Assembly: GCA_000999095.1 (NCBI GenBank)
Contig: LCFP01000012.1
Location: 68,140 to 132,139, forward strand
Length of the DNA: 64,000 bases
Direction: 5' to 3'
From: Candidatus Gottesmanbacteria bacterium GW2011_GWA2_43_14
GTDB lineage: Bacteria > Patescibacteriota > Microgenomatia > 2-02-FULL-39-11
The translations under genes and the position numbers were made by a program. This document shows, one piece after another, positions 39,151 to 48,553 of this stretch. The notes under the pieces were generated by a model that worked only from the letters and a program-made list of their open reading frames with translations, was not told where the DNA came from and made no database searches. Within the stretch, counting starts at the first letter, position 1; each line of letters begins with the position of its first letter.

Positions 39151-40869
39151 ATGAAGAAAAAAAGCCTTAAATGGAGAAGCGGGCTTCTGACGGGAACAGC
39201 CGGTGGCAGCGACTGGGTCAAAAGGGCGGCCGCCAGGGCTATGCTTCGCGCGGTCAATTTCCGGGATGAGGATTTTCTGAAACCGATTGTCACGGTCGCC
39301 TGTCCTTTTACCAACGCCACTCCCTGCAATGCCCATCTTCTCACTTTGGGTGAAACCGTAAGCTTGGAAATCGAAAAACAGGGCGGCAAACCTTTTTTGT
39401 TCGGAACTCCCGTTATTACCGACGGCGAATCGATGGGTATGGAAGGCATGAAGTATTCCCTGGTTTCCCGCGACCTGATTGCCGACTGCATCGAATCAAT
39501 GCACGAATCCTACCAAGCCGACGGCTTAATCGCCCTTTGCGGCTGCGACAAAACCATACCGGCCGCCGCCATGGGACTGGCCCGCAACAATTCAATCGGC
39601 CTGGTTCTTTACGGAGGCAGCATATTGCCGGGACGGCTCAACGGCAAAGACCTGACCGTGGTCTCCATTTTCGAAGCCATCGGATCCAAAAGCGCCGGAA
39701 AAATGACCGATAAGGATTTCCATGATGTAGAATGCGCCTCCTGTCCGGGAAACGGGGCCTGCGGAGGGATGTATACCGCCAATACCATGGCTTCCGCCCT
39801 CGAGGTTTTGGGCATCAGCCTGCCTTATTCCTCTTCAAACCTGGCCGTTGATAGCCAAAACAGACTTTCCCGGGACAAGCTGGCCGATTGCCGCAAAAGC
39901 GCGGAGGCTTTGTTCCTGCTTCTGGAAAAAGGCATCCGGGCCAGGGATATTTTGACCGGGAAAGCTTTTGAAAACGCCGTCACTTTTGTTCTGGCCATCG
40001 GCGGCTCGACCAATGCTGTTTTGCATTTGCTGGCCATTGCCCGTGAGGCCGGCGTCAAACTGGACCTTTCTGATTTTTCCAAATTAGCTGAAAAAGTGCC
40101 CCTGATCGGCAATTTCAAACCGTTCGGCAAATATGTCATGGAAGATCTGCATAAAATCGGCGGCGTGCCCATGGTCATGAAAATGCTTTTTGAGAAAGGC
40201 CTTCTCAACGGCAGCTGTCTGACGGTCACAGGCAAAACTGTGGCCGAAAATTTAAAGGAAACGGGCAAGCGTCCTGCCGGCCAGGATGTGGTTTATAGCC
40301 TGGAAAAACCCCTGGCAGCCAAAAACTGCCATATCCGCATTCTTTACGGCAGTCTTGCCCCCGAAGGCGCTGTTATCAAGCTGGCGGGATCGGGGATAAC
40401 CCGGCACCGCGGCCCGGCGCGTGTTTTTGATCAGGAAGAATCAGCCCTGGAGGCGATTTTGGCAGGTAAAATAAAAAAAGGCGAGTGTCTTATCATCCGC
40501 TACGAAGGACCCAAAGGCGGTCCGGGCATGCGCGAAATGCTCTCTCCTTCATCCGCTTTAATGGGGGCGGGACTAGGCAGAGAGGTGGCCCTTCTTACCG
40601 ACGGCCGTTTTTCCGGAGGCACACACGGTATCATGGTCGGGCATATTTCGCCTGAAGCCGTAGACGGAGGATTGATTGCCTTGGTCAGGGACGGGGACAT
40701 CATAAATATTGACGCTGACAGCCGGACAGTTGATCTGGAGGTGGCGCAAAGCGAAATTAAAAAAAGGAAGGCTGCCTGGAAAAAGCCGAAAGCAAAATAC
40801 CCGCGGGGCGTGTTGGCCAAGTATGCCAGATTAGTCGGCAGCGCCTCGGAGGGAGCCGTCACCAGCTAG
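39151..40869 (+). CDS. ilvD: Dihydroxy-acid dehydratase
   Basis: PCNAHL, ITDGESMG, GCDKT, CGGMYTANTM, GGSTNAVLHL, EGPKGGPGMREML, TDGRFSGG. Confidence 0.97.
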   Translation: MKKKSLKWRSGLLTGTAGGSDWVKRAAARAMLRAVNFRDEDFLKPIVTVACPFTNATPCNAHLLTLGETVSLEIEKQGGKPFLFGTPVITDGESMGMEGMKYSLVSRDLIADCIESMHESYQADGLIALCGCDKTIPAAAMGLARNNSIGLVLYGGSILPGRLNGKDLTVVSIFEAIGSKSAGKMTDKDFHDVECASCPGNGACGGMYTANTMASALEVLGISLPYSSSNLAVDSQNRLSRDKLADCRKSAEALFLLLEKGIRARDILTGKAFENAVTFVLAIGGSTNAVLHLLAIAREAGVKLDLSDFSKLAEKVPLIGNFKPFGKYVMEDLHKIGGVPMVMKMLFEKGLLNGSCLTVTGKTVAENLKETGKRPAGQDVVYSLEKPLAAKNCHIRILYGSLAPEGAVIKLAGSGITRHRGPARVFDQEESALEAILAGKIKKGECLIIRYEGPKGGPGMREMLSPSSALMGAGLGREVALLTDGRFSGGTHGIMVGHISPEAVDGGLIALVRDGDIINIDADSRTVDLEVAQSEIKKRKAAWKKPKAKYPRGVLAKYARLVGSASEGAVTS

Positions 40870-40872
40870 TCC

Positions 40873-40914
40873 ATATCACACCGGGTGTGATATAGCTAGA
40901 CACATCCGGGATTT
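40873..40914. repeat. Bipartite palindromic element, copy 2 (ilvD-ilvB spacer)
   Basis: ATATCACACC-G-GGTGTGATAT, then ATCCGGGATTT at the same spacing as 3780-3820. Confidence 0.7.
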
Positions 40915-40923
40915 ATTAAAAAT

Positions 40924-42645
40924 ATGAAAACAAGATTAAAACAGGGACAAAAGGTCCAGGGGGCGGAAATTATCTGCGAATGCCTGCTCAGGGCAGGGGT
41001 AACTGTTATCTTCGGCTATCCGGGAGGGGCCAATATCCCGATTTATGACGCTTTGTATAAATATCCCGAGTTGAGGCATATATTGGTCCGTCATGAACAG
41101 GGAGCAGCCCATGCAGCCGAAGGCTATGCCTGGGCGACCGGCCGGCCGGGTGTTTGTTTTGCCACTTCAGGTCCCGGTGCCACCAACCTGATTACCGGAT
41201 TGGCCGATGCCATGCTCGATTCCATCCCCATGGTTTGTATCACAGGACAGGTGCCTTCGCCTCTGTTGGGTTCGGATGCCTTTCAGGAAGCGGATATATT
41301 GGGCATGACTTTGCCTGTCACCAAACACAATTATCTGGTAACCAGGGCCGATGATATTGCCGATGTTTTTGCCGAGGCATTTTATCTGGCTGTTGCCGGC
41401 CGTCCCGGACCCGTCCTTATCGATATCACCAAAGATGCCCAGGTCGATTATGCCGAATTCCGTTACAAAGAAAACCGGGACAGGCTCAAAAAGAGGTTGA
41501 AGCTTGAAGCGACAGAAGAAGAAATCGGACAGATATCCTCGCTTTTAAATGAAGCTTTGCGGCCGCTGATTGTGGCCGGCCACGGAATTTTGCTGTCCGG
41601 AGATGGGAAAACACTTTTAAGCGTGGCCGAAAAACAGGATATCCCCGTCACCCTGACGCAATTGGGGCTGTCGGCCATCCCCCACGACCACAGGCTTTTT
41701 ATGGGCATGCCGGGCATGCACGGCAATGTGGCTGCCAACCGGGCGCCTTTGGAGACGGATGTCCTTCTGGCTGTCGGCATGCGCTTTCATGACAGGGTGA
41801 CCAGTAAAGTATCGGCCTACGCGCCCCAGGCCAAGATCATCCATATCGACATCGATCCGTCGGAAATCGGCAAAAACGTCATGCCGCATTTAGGGGTTGT
41901 CGGGGATGCCAAAGCGGTTTTGGGTCAGCTTTTGCCTAAATTGAAATCCCGCAAAAATCCCGGCTGGCTGAAAAAATTTGAAGCCTGGAAAAGTGAAGAA
42001 CAAAAAAAAGTTTTTACCAGGGAATTGTTAAGCCCGAAACTCAAATCCGCCCAGGTGATAGATGAAATTGCCAGGCAGACAGGTTTTCAGGCGACCATTG
42101 TGGCGGATGTGGGTCAGAACCAAATGTATGCCGCCCGTTATTACCAATACCGGAAATACAATACCCATTTCACCTCAGGCGGACTTGGCACCATGGGTTT
42201 TGCCCTGCCGGCCGGCATGGGGGCCAAACTGGGCGATCCCGGGAGGGAAGTGTGGATTGTTATCGGAGATGGCGGCATCCAGATGACTTTGCAGGAACTG
42301 GCCACCATCGTCCAGGAAAAAACGGAGGTAAAAATTGCCCTTTTGAACAATAATTATCTGGGGATGGTCCGGCAGTGGCAGGAATTGTTTTATAAGGGCA
42401 ATTATTCGGAAGTGAAGCTTAAAAACCCAAATTTTCAAAAGCTTTGTGAAGGATTCGGCATCAGCTCTCTCAAGGCTGAAAATCTTAAGGAGACCAAAGA
42501 AGCGATAAATATTGCCAGAAAATCCCAAGGTCCCTTTTTAATCGAGTTCACGGTCGAGGCCGAGGAAAATGTTTTTCCCATGATCCCGGCCGGGGCGGGC
42601 ATCGGCGAAATGGTCGTAAGTTTGGAGGAGTTGAGTAAAAAATGA
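40924..42645 (+). CDS. ilvB: Acetolactate synthase large subunit
   Basis: FGYPGGA, RHEQGAAHAAEGYA, TSGPGATN, GGLGTMGF, GDGG...N TPP motif, LGMVRQWQ. Confidence 0.97.
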   Translation: MKTRLKQGQKVQGAEIICECLLRAGVTVIFGYPGGANIPIYDALYKYPELRHILVRHEQGAAHAAEGYAWATGRPGVCFATSGPGATNLITGLADAMLDSIPMVCITGQVPSPLLGSDAFQEADILGMTLPVTKHNYLVTRADDIADVFAEAFYLAVAGRPGPVLIDITKDAQVDYAEFRYKENRDRLKKRLKLEATEEEIGQISSLLNEALRPLIVAGHGILLSGDGKTLLSVAEKQDIPVTLTQLGLSAIPHDHRLFMGMPGMHGNVAANRAPLETDVLLAVGMRFHDRVTSKVSAYAPQAKIIHIDIDPSEIGKNVMPHLGVVGDAKAVLGQLLPKLKSRKNPGWLKKFEAWKSEEQKKVFTRELLSPKLKSAQVIDEIARQTGFQATIVADVGQNQMYAARYYQYRKYNTHFTSGGLGTMGFALPAGMGAKLGDPGREVWIVIGDGGIQMTLQELATIVQEKTEVKIALLNNNYLGMVRQWQELFYKGNYSEVKLKNPNFQKLCEGFGISSLKAENLKETKEAINIARKSQGPFLIEFTVEAEENVFPMIPAGAGIGEMVVSLEELSKK

Positions 42646-43124
42646 CCAGGCAATTATCCAATATCATTATATGGGCGGAAAACAAAACAGGCGTCTTTTT
42701 CCGCATCCTCTGGCTTTTCAGGCGCAAGCAGTTCAATATCGAATCGGCAACTGTGGGACATTCGGAAACTCCGGGAATTACCAGGTTTACCATAACCGTT
42801 GCCGGCAACGAAAACCAGATTGCCAATATGGTGAAGCAGATCACCAAACTGGTCAATGTGATCAAGGCAGAAACCGTAGCAACGGATATGCTCGTTTACA
42901 GGGAATTGGCTTTGATGAAAGTGGCCGTTAAAAATTCCCGCGAAAAAGGCGATATTTTGAGGGTTATCGAGCATTTCCGCGGCCGGGCTATCAACATGGC
43001 CAAAAATACCGTGACTATCGAAGTCACCGGGGATGAAAACAAGATTGACGCCTTTTACGAAAACATGAAGGATTTTGCCGTTTTAGAATTTGTCCGCACA
43101 GGAAGAACGGCCTTGTTTAAATAA
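42642..43124 (+). CDS. ilvN: Acetolactate synthase small (ACT) subunit
   Basis: ENKTGV..RI..LFRRKQFNIES, RELALMKV, EFVRTG. Confidence 0.93.
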   Translation: MTRQLSNIIIWAENKTGVFFRILWLFRRKQFNIESATVGHSETPGITRFTITVAGNENQIANMVKQITKLVNVIKAETVATDMLVYRELALMKVAVKNSREKGDILRVIEHFRGRAINMAKNTVTIEVTGDENKIDAFYENMKDFAVLEFVRTGRTALFK

Positions 43125-43145
43125 ATTTAGAAAGGAGCACTACTT

Positions 43146-44213
43146 ATGTCAAAAATGAAATTCGGAGACACGCAGGAAACAGTGGTTACCAGGGAGGAGT
43201 TTCCCTTAAGCCGCGCCAGAAAAGTCCTTAAAAATGAGACAATTGCCGTCATCGGTTACGGCGTCCAGGGGCCGGCCCAGGCGCTGAATCTCAGGGACAA
43301 CGGATTTAAAGTCATCGTCGGCCAGAGAAAACCGTCACCTTCATGGAACAAGGCTCTCAAGGACGGCTGGAAGCCGGGCAAAGACCTTTTTTCCATTGAA
43401 GAGGCCTGTAAAAAAGGGACCGTTGTAGCCTATCTGTTGTCCGATGCCGGACAGGTAACTTTATGGCCGGCTGTCAAAAAATATCTGACGGAAGGCAAAG
43501 CTCTTTATTTTTCCCACGGCTTTGCCGTTACCTACCGCAAACAAACCGCCGTCGTGCCCCCGAAAAATATCGACGTTCTATTGGTGGCTCCCAAAGGCGC
43601 CGGCCGCAGTGTCAGAAGGAATTTCCTCTCCGGCTCCGGCATCAATTCCAGTTATGCCGTTTTTCAGGATGCCTCGGGCAAAGCAGGCGACCGGGTTAAA
43701 GCAATAGGGATGGGGATAGGATCAGGCTTTTTGTTCGAAACGACTATTGAAAAGGAAGTATACTCCGATTTGACCGGCGAACGGGGGGTTCTGATGGGAG
43801 CCATCGCCGGCATTATGGAAGCCCAGTACAATGAGCTTCGCAGGCGTGGCCATACGCCGAGCGAAGCCTTCAATGAAACAGTCGAGGAAGCCACCCAGTC
43901 TTTGATCCCCCTGATCGGCGAAAACGGCATGGATTGGATGTTTGCCAACTGCTCGACAACCGCCCAAAGAGGCGCTTTGGACTGGAAAGGCAAATTCCGC
44001 CAAGCCGTCGAGCCTGTTTTCAGGCAGTTATATACTTCGGTCAAAAAAGGCGAAGAAACGAAAAGGGTCCTTAAATCCAATTCCAGTCCCGATTATAAAA
44101 AGAATCTGCGCCGGGAGCTGGACTTGATTAAAAACAGCGAGATGTGGCGGGTAGGCGCCAAGGTCAGGAGCTTAAGGCCGGAAAAAATAATATTGGTCAA
44201 AGGCAAAAAATGA
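43146..44213 (+). CDS. ilvC: Ketol-acid reductoisomerase
   Basis: VIGYGVQGPAQALNLRD, FSHGF, VAPKG, SDLTGERG.LMG, NCSTTAQRG. Confidence 0.97.
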   Translation: MSKMKFGDTQETVVTREEFPLSRARKVLKNETIAVIGYGVQGPAQALNLRDNGFKVIVGQRKPSPSWNKALKDGWKPGKDLFSIEEACKKGTVVAYLLSDAGQVTLWPAVKKYLTEGKALYFSHGFAVTYRKQTAVVPPKNIDVLLVAPKGAGRSVRRNFLSGSGINSSYAVFQDASGKAGDRVKAIGMGIGSGFLFETTIEKEVYSDLTGERGVLMGAIAGIMEAQYNELRRRGHTPSEAFNETVEEATQSLIPLIGENGMDWMFANCSTTAQRGALDWKGKFRQAVEPVFRQLYTSVKKGEETKRVLKSNSSPDYKKNLRRELDLIKNSEMWRVGAKVRSLRPEKIILVKGKK

Positions 44214-46057
44214 GCACCAACGGTTTTTACCATATCAGCTGTTTTATCTGCTCCAAAGTCTGGGATGAAAAGGTAAACACGACCGTCTGCAGCTGCGGCG
44301 GGCCTTTGGACATTGTTTACGATTACGACCAGCTGGCCGGTTTGAATACCTATCTTCTGCGCAACGCTCCGCCGAAGGTGATCAAGTATCTGGACTTCTT
44401 TCCCCTAAAAGAAAGAAAAGCACTGGTGAGTTTGGATGAGGGAGCCACCCAGCTTCATAAAGCGGAAAACCTCGGCAAACGATTATCACTGCCGAAACTT
44501 TACATCAAAAACGAGGGCTTGAATCCGACCGGCGCCTTCAAGGACCGGGGTTCATTTGTCGAGATCAACAAAGCCAAAGAGCTCGGCTTTGCTAAAGTCT
44601 GTGTCGCTTCAACAGGCAACATGGCGGCATCCGTGGCAGCTTACAGCGCCCAGGCCGGATTGACCTGTTTTGTCTTTGTCCCGGAAAATACGCCCAGGGG
44701 AAAACTGGCCCAGGCCATTTCTTACGGTTCACATGTCATCCAGGTCAGGGGCACCTATTCGGATGCTTATGACTTGACGATGAAGGTAGCCGCCCATTAC
44801 CGCTATTATCTGGCGGGCGATTATGCCTTCCGGGGAGAGGGCCAGAAATCGCTGTCATACGAAGTCTGTGAGCAGTTGTGGTTTTCGCCGCCTGATTGGG
44901 TTTTGGTTCCGGCCGGTATGGGCACCAATCTTTCGTACATTTGGAAAGGATTCAAGGAGTATTACCGTTTGGGACTGATCCCCAAATTGCCCCATATGGT
45001 GGCAGTCCAGGCGGAAGGATCTGCCCCGATTGTTACTGCATTTGAGAAAAGGTCCAAACTCGTGCCTGTCGGAAAGCCCCAGACTGTCTGTTCCGCCATC
45101 GCCGTCGGCAATCCGATAGACGCGCCGAAAGTCTTTGCCGCACTCAAAGAGTCAAAGGGCCAGGCAATAGCAGTTTCGGATGACGAGACTTTAAAAGCCC
45201 AGCAGGAACTGGCCAAACTGGAAGCTCTGTATGTCGAGCCGTCCTCGGCAACCGTGATAGCTGCCCTGAAAAAACTTATAAAAAAAGGCCTGATAAAGGA
45301 AAGCGATACCGTGGTGGCTGTGGCAACCGGAGCCGGTCTCAAGGATCCCGCGACCACGCTGAAAGTCATTGCCGAGCCGCCATTGATCGAACCTGTTTTG
45401 TCCGAAGTGGAAAGGGTCATGGACAGCGATTTTTTAAGCTTGAGGGCAGGCAGTGTCGGAGAAAAAGAAAAGCTGATATTTGCCAAAGTCCCGGCTTTAC
45501 GGCAGGTGAAGGAGATAATCAAAAAGGAATTCAGCCTGAGCCTGGATGATGAAACAGTCAAAATCATCCGCAACGTCATTGCCAAATTCATAAACATCAA
45601 GGGCAAAAAGATCGTCAAAGCGGATTTGCAGTCGATTATCGAAACGGTTATTGCCGATGAACGCAGGCAAAAGACTTTGGAAGTAGTTGATTTCCATATC
45701 GAAACTTTCAAGAAAAAGAAGCCCATGGCAACAGTCACGGTTGATATTAAAGGCCGTAAGTATACGGAAACCAGTGACGGGGTAGGTCCTGTCGATGCCG
45801 CCATCCGCGCCATCACAGCAGCCATCCGCAAAAATGATGCGGTCAAATTCAGGCTGACCGATTTTGCCGTCGAGATTCCGACCACCGGTTCCGACGCTAC
45901 GGTTGAAGCAACGATGGTCCTTCAGGATGAACACGGCACCCAGGTAGTGGAAAAGGGGACCTCTCCGGATATTATCGTCGCCTCTATCGAAGCCTATGAA
46001 AAGGGGTATAATGAACTTGTTTATCAAAGATCCAAAAACGGAAAGGATAAAAAATGA
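44210..46057 (+). CDS. Threonine-synthase-family PLP enzyme fused to a C-terminal LeuA/CimA-type regulatory domain
   Basis: KNEGLNPTGAFKDRG, ASTGNMAASVAAY, EPSSA, ATGAGLKD; C-terminal GVGPVDAAIRAI...GSDA...SPDIIVASIEAY. Confidence 0.9.
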   Translation: MSTNGFYHISCFICSKVWDEKVNTTVCSCGGPLDIVYDYDQLAGLNTYLLRNAPPKVIKYLDFFPLKERKALVSLDEGATQLHKAENLGKRLSLPKLYIKNEGLNPTGAFKDRGSFVEINKAKELGFAKVCVASTGNMAASVAAYSAQAGLTCFVFVPENTPRGKLAQAISYGSHVIQVRGTYSDAYDLTMKVAAHYRYYLAGDYAFRGEGQKSLSYEVCEQLWFSPPDWVLVPAGMGTNLSYIWKGFKEYYRLGLIPKLPHMVAVQAEGSAPIVTAFEKRSKLVPVGKPQTVCSAIAVGNPIDAPKVFAALKESKGQAIAVSDDETLKAQQELAKLEALYVEPSSATVIAALKKLIKKGLIKESDTVVAVATGAGLKDPATTLKVIAEPPLIEPVLSEVERVMDSDFLSLRAGSVGEKEKLIFAKVPALRQVKEIIKKEFSLSLDDETVKIIRNVIAKFINIKGKKIVKADLQSIIETVIADERRQKTLEVVDFHIETFKKKKPMATVTVDIKGRKYTETSDGVGPVDAAIRAITAAIRKNDAVKFRLTDFAVEIPTTGSDATVEATMVLQDEHGTQVVEKGTSPDIIVASIEAYEKGYNELVYQRSKNGKDKK

Positions 46058-46479
46058 AAAAAGCAGTAGTGGCAGAGAAAAGTCCCAAAGCAGTCGGGCC
46101 TTATTCACAGGCAGTTAAAATCGGAGACCTGGTGTTTGTTTCGGGCCAGATCGGCATAGATCCGAAAACTGATGAGATGGTAAAAGGAGGCATCAATGTC
46201 CAGACGCACCAGACGTTGAAAAATCTGGATGAGGTCCTGAAAGCAGCCGGTACGGGACAGGAAAATGTCCTAAAGGTAACCGTCTATCTGGCGAATATGG
46301 CTGATTTTCCGGTGATGAACGGAATTTACGGCAAATTTTTCAGGGAGCCTTATCCGGCCAGGGCTACAGTCCAGGTTGTCAAACTGCCGAAGGATGCCCT
46401 GATAGAGATAGAATGCATCGCTTATAAAAGTTTTCATCGTGATGATAATGAAGGTTCAGGCTGCTGCGGCAAGTGTTGA
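46054..46479 (+). CDS. ridA: RidA family enamine/imine deaminase
   Basis: PKAVGPYSQAV, FVSGQI, PYPARATVQV..LP....IEIECIA. Confidence 0.92.
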   Translation: MKKAVVAEKSPKAVGPYSQAVKIGDLVFVSGQIGIDPKTDEMVKGGINVQTHQTLKNLDEVLKAAGTGQENVLKVTVYLANMADFPVMNGIYGKFFREPYPARATVQVVKLPKDALIEIECIAYKSFHRDDNEGSGCCGKC

Positions 46480-46500
46480 AAAGTGCCCGGGCAGAATCGA

Positions 46501-47421
46501 ATGAATGAGATTTTTTTGCCATTCGCTTTTTTCCGGGGAAAAATAATTCCGGCGGAATTGGCAAAGGTTTCCATCATGACCAATGCCCTGCAGTACGGTA
46601 CGGGAGTCTTCGGCGGCATCCGCGGCTACCAGGCAAACAATAAAAAAACTTTTCATCTCTTCCGTTTGTCCGATCATTATCAGCGTTTTTTAAGCAGCTT
46701 AAAAATTCTGAATGCGAAAATTCCCTACAACCGGGAAAAATTAGTCGGGCTGACACTGGAGCTGGCCGCCAGGAACAATTCCAAAACTGATTTTTACATC
46801 AGGCCATTGGCTTATGCTTCAAATTACGAACTCTCTCCTGATTTGTCGCTTTTAACTTTCGACTTTGCCATATATATGATTCCTTTAGGAGAATATCTGC
46901 CCATCCACAAAGGTTTAAAGATTGCCGTCTCAAGCTGGATGCGGATCAACGACAATATGATACCGTCCAGGGCTAAAATAACCGGAGGCTATATCAATTC
47001 TGCCCTGGCCAAAGGCGATGCCGCCCGGATGGGATTTGACGATGCCCTGTTGCTGACATCGGACGGTCATATAGCCGAAGGGTCCGCGGCCAATTTCTTT
47101 ATCGTCAGGGACGGCGTTCTGATCACCTCTCCCCGTAATGCCGATGTTTTGGAAGGCATAACCCGCAGGACCATCCTTCAGCTGGCGCAGGATCTGGGCA
47201 TTCCCACTCAGGAAAGGATGATTGACCGGACCGAGTGTTACATTGCCGATGAGGCTTTTCTGTCGGGGACAGGCGCCCAGCTGGCCTGGATTGCCGAAAT
47301 AGACGGACGGATAATCGGAAACGGAAAAATAGGCGAGATATCAGCCCGGCTGCAGAAACTTTTTTTCTCAATCGTCCGGGGTAACGAGCGGAAATACACC
47401 TCCTGGCTGACTAAGGTTTAG
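46501..47421 (+). CDS. ilvE: Branched-chain amino acid aminotransferase
   Basis: ALQYGTGVFGGIR, AKITGGYINS.LA, EGSAANFF, LEGITR, EAFLSGT. Confidence 0.95.
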   Translation: MNEIFLPFAFFRGKIIPAELAKVSIMTNALQYGTGVFGGIRGYQANNKKTFHLFRLSDHYQRFLSSLKILNAKIPYNREKLVGLTLELAARNNSKTDFYIRPLAYASNYELSPDLSLLTFDFAIYMIPLGEYLPIHKGLKIAVSSWMRINDNMIPSRAKITGGYINSALAKGDAARMGFDDALLLTSDGHIAEGSAANFFIVRDGVLITSPRNADVLEGITRRTILQLAQDLGIPTQERMIDRTECYIADEAFLSGTGAQLAWIAEIDGRIIGNGKIGEISARLQKLFFSIVRGNERKYTSWLTKV

Positions 47422-47424
47422 TTT

Positions 47425-47464
47425 CAAGGCTACACCCTCGAGGTGTTACAAGGCTACACCTATT
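47425..47464. repeat. Short repeated element at the ilvE/leuB convergence
   Basis: CAAGGCTACACC twice with 24-nt period; 31/34 identical to 58747-58780. Confidence 0.8.
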
Positions 47465-47467
47465 GAA

Positions 47468-48553
47468 TTAATTGAAAATATATACCGAAATTTTGTTGCC
47501 GGTTTCTCCGGTGCCTAAGATTTTGGACCTATGTGTATTTTTATCAGCGATATCCATAGTCCTGAAACCGTCTGAAATGAATTTTTCCACGGCACCTTCA
47601 ATCGCCGACGCTTCTTTTTGCAAATGAAATGAAATTTTCAGCATCATGGCATCAGACAGGATAGCGCCTATCGGATTGGCAATGTTTTTACCGGCAGCCC
47701 TGTTGAATGCACCGTGGATCGGTTCGTAAAGGGCATATTCATCTCCGATTGAAGCGGAAGGCAATAGGCCGATTGAGCCGGCTATGACAGAGGCTTCGTC
47801 TGTCAGAATATCGCCGAACATGTTTTCCGTCAGGATTACGTCAAAATCAGCCGGCCTTTTGATAATCTGCATGGCCGCGTTATCGACAAACAGATGGGTT
47901 AAGACAACGGCCGGATATTTAACCGCAACCTCGCCAACCGTTTTCCGCCAAAGCCTGGACGTTTCCAAAACATTGGCTTTATCAACAGAGGTGACTTTTT
48001 TCTTTCGCCTCATGGCGAGATCAAAAGCGATCTTGGCTGCCCTTTCGATTTCGGATTTCATATATACAGAAGTATCGATTGCCGTTGTGCCTCCGTCTTT
48101 CCGTTTCCTCGGCTCCCCGAAATAAATTCCTCCGGTCAGCTCCCTGACAACCAGCAAATCAACGTGTTTTATTCTGTCGTTTTTTAAAGGAGATAAATCC
48201 ATAAGATCGGGGTAGACTTTCACCGGACGCAGGTTTGCAAATAGATTTAAAGATTTTCTCAATTTCAAAAGTCCCTGTTCCGGCCGGATTTTGGCTCCGG
48301 GGTTATTATCAAACATCGGATCACCGACAGCGCCGAACAATACGGCATCGGACCTCCGGCAAAGTTCCAGAGTTTCCTCAGGCAGCGGGTTTTTGGTTTT
48401 AACGATGGCAGCTGCTCCGATTAATCCTTCTTTGAAAACAAAATCATGTCCGTATTTTTCAGAAACAGTTTCCAGTACTTTGACCGACTGGGCAGTAACT
48501 TCCGGCCCGACTCCGTCACCGGGCAAGACGGCAATTTTATAGGTTTTTTTCAT
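47468..48553 (-). CDS. leuB: 3-isopropylmalate dehydrogenase
   Basis: LPGDGVGPEV, RPEQGLL, RELTGGIYFG, VDKANVL, NMFGDILTDEA, YEPIHG. Confidence 0.97.
   Translation of the reverse strand: MKKTYKIAVLPGDGVGPEVTAQSVKVLETVSEKYGHDFVFKEGLIGAAAIVKTKNPLPEETLELCRRSDAVLFGAVGDPMFDNNPGAKIRPEQGLLKLRKSLNLFANLRPVKVYPDLMDLSPLKNDRIKHVDLLVVRELTGGIYFGEPRKRKDGGTTAIDTSVYMKSEIERAAKIAFDLAMRRKKKVTSVDKANVLETSRLWRKTVGEVAVKYPAVVLTHLFVDNAAMQIIKRPADFDVILTENMFGDILTDEASVIAGSIGLLPSASIGDEYALYEPIHGAFNRAAGKNIANPIGAILSDAMMLKISFHLQKEASAIEGAVEKFISDGFRTMDIADKNTHRSKILGTGETGNKISVYIFN

Noticed and set aside
44962-45885. 307-aa antisense ORF, and a 203-aa one at 45497-46108
   Set aside because: Shadows of the ThrC-like gene; no recognisable motifs or start signals
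47425-47464. Direct repeats as a mini-CRISPR array
   Set aside because: Only two 12-bp units with 24-nt period; no spacers of CRISPR size and no cas genes
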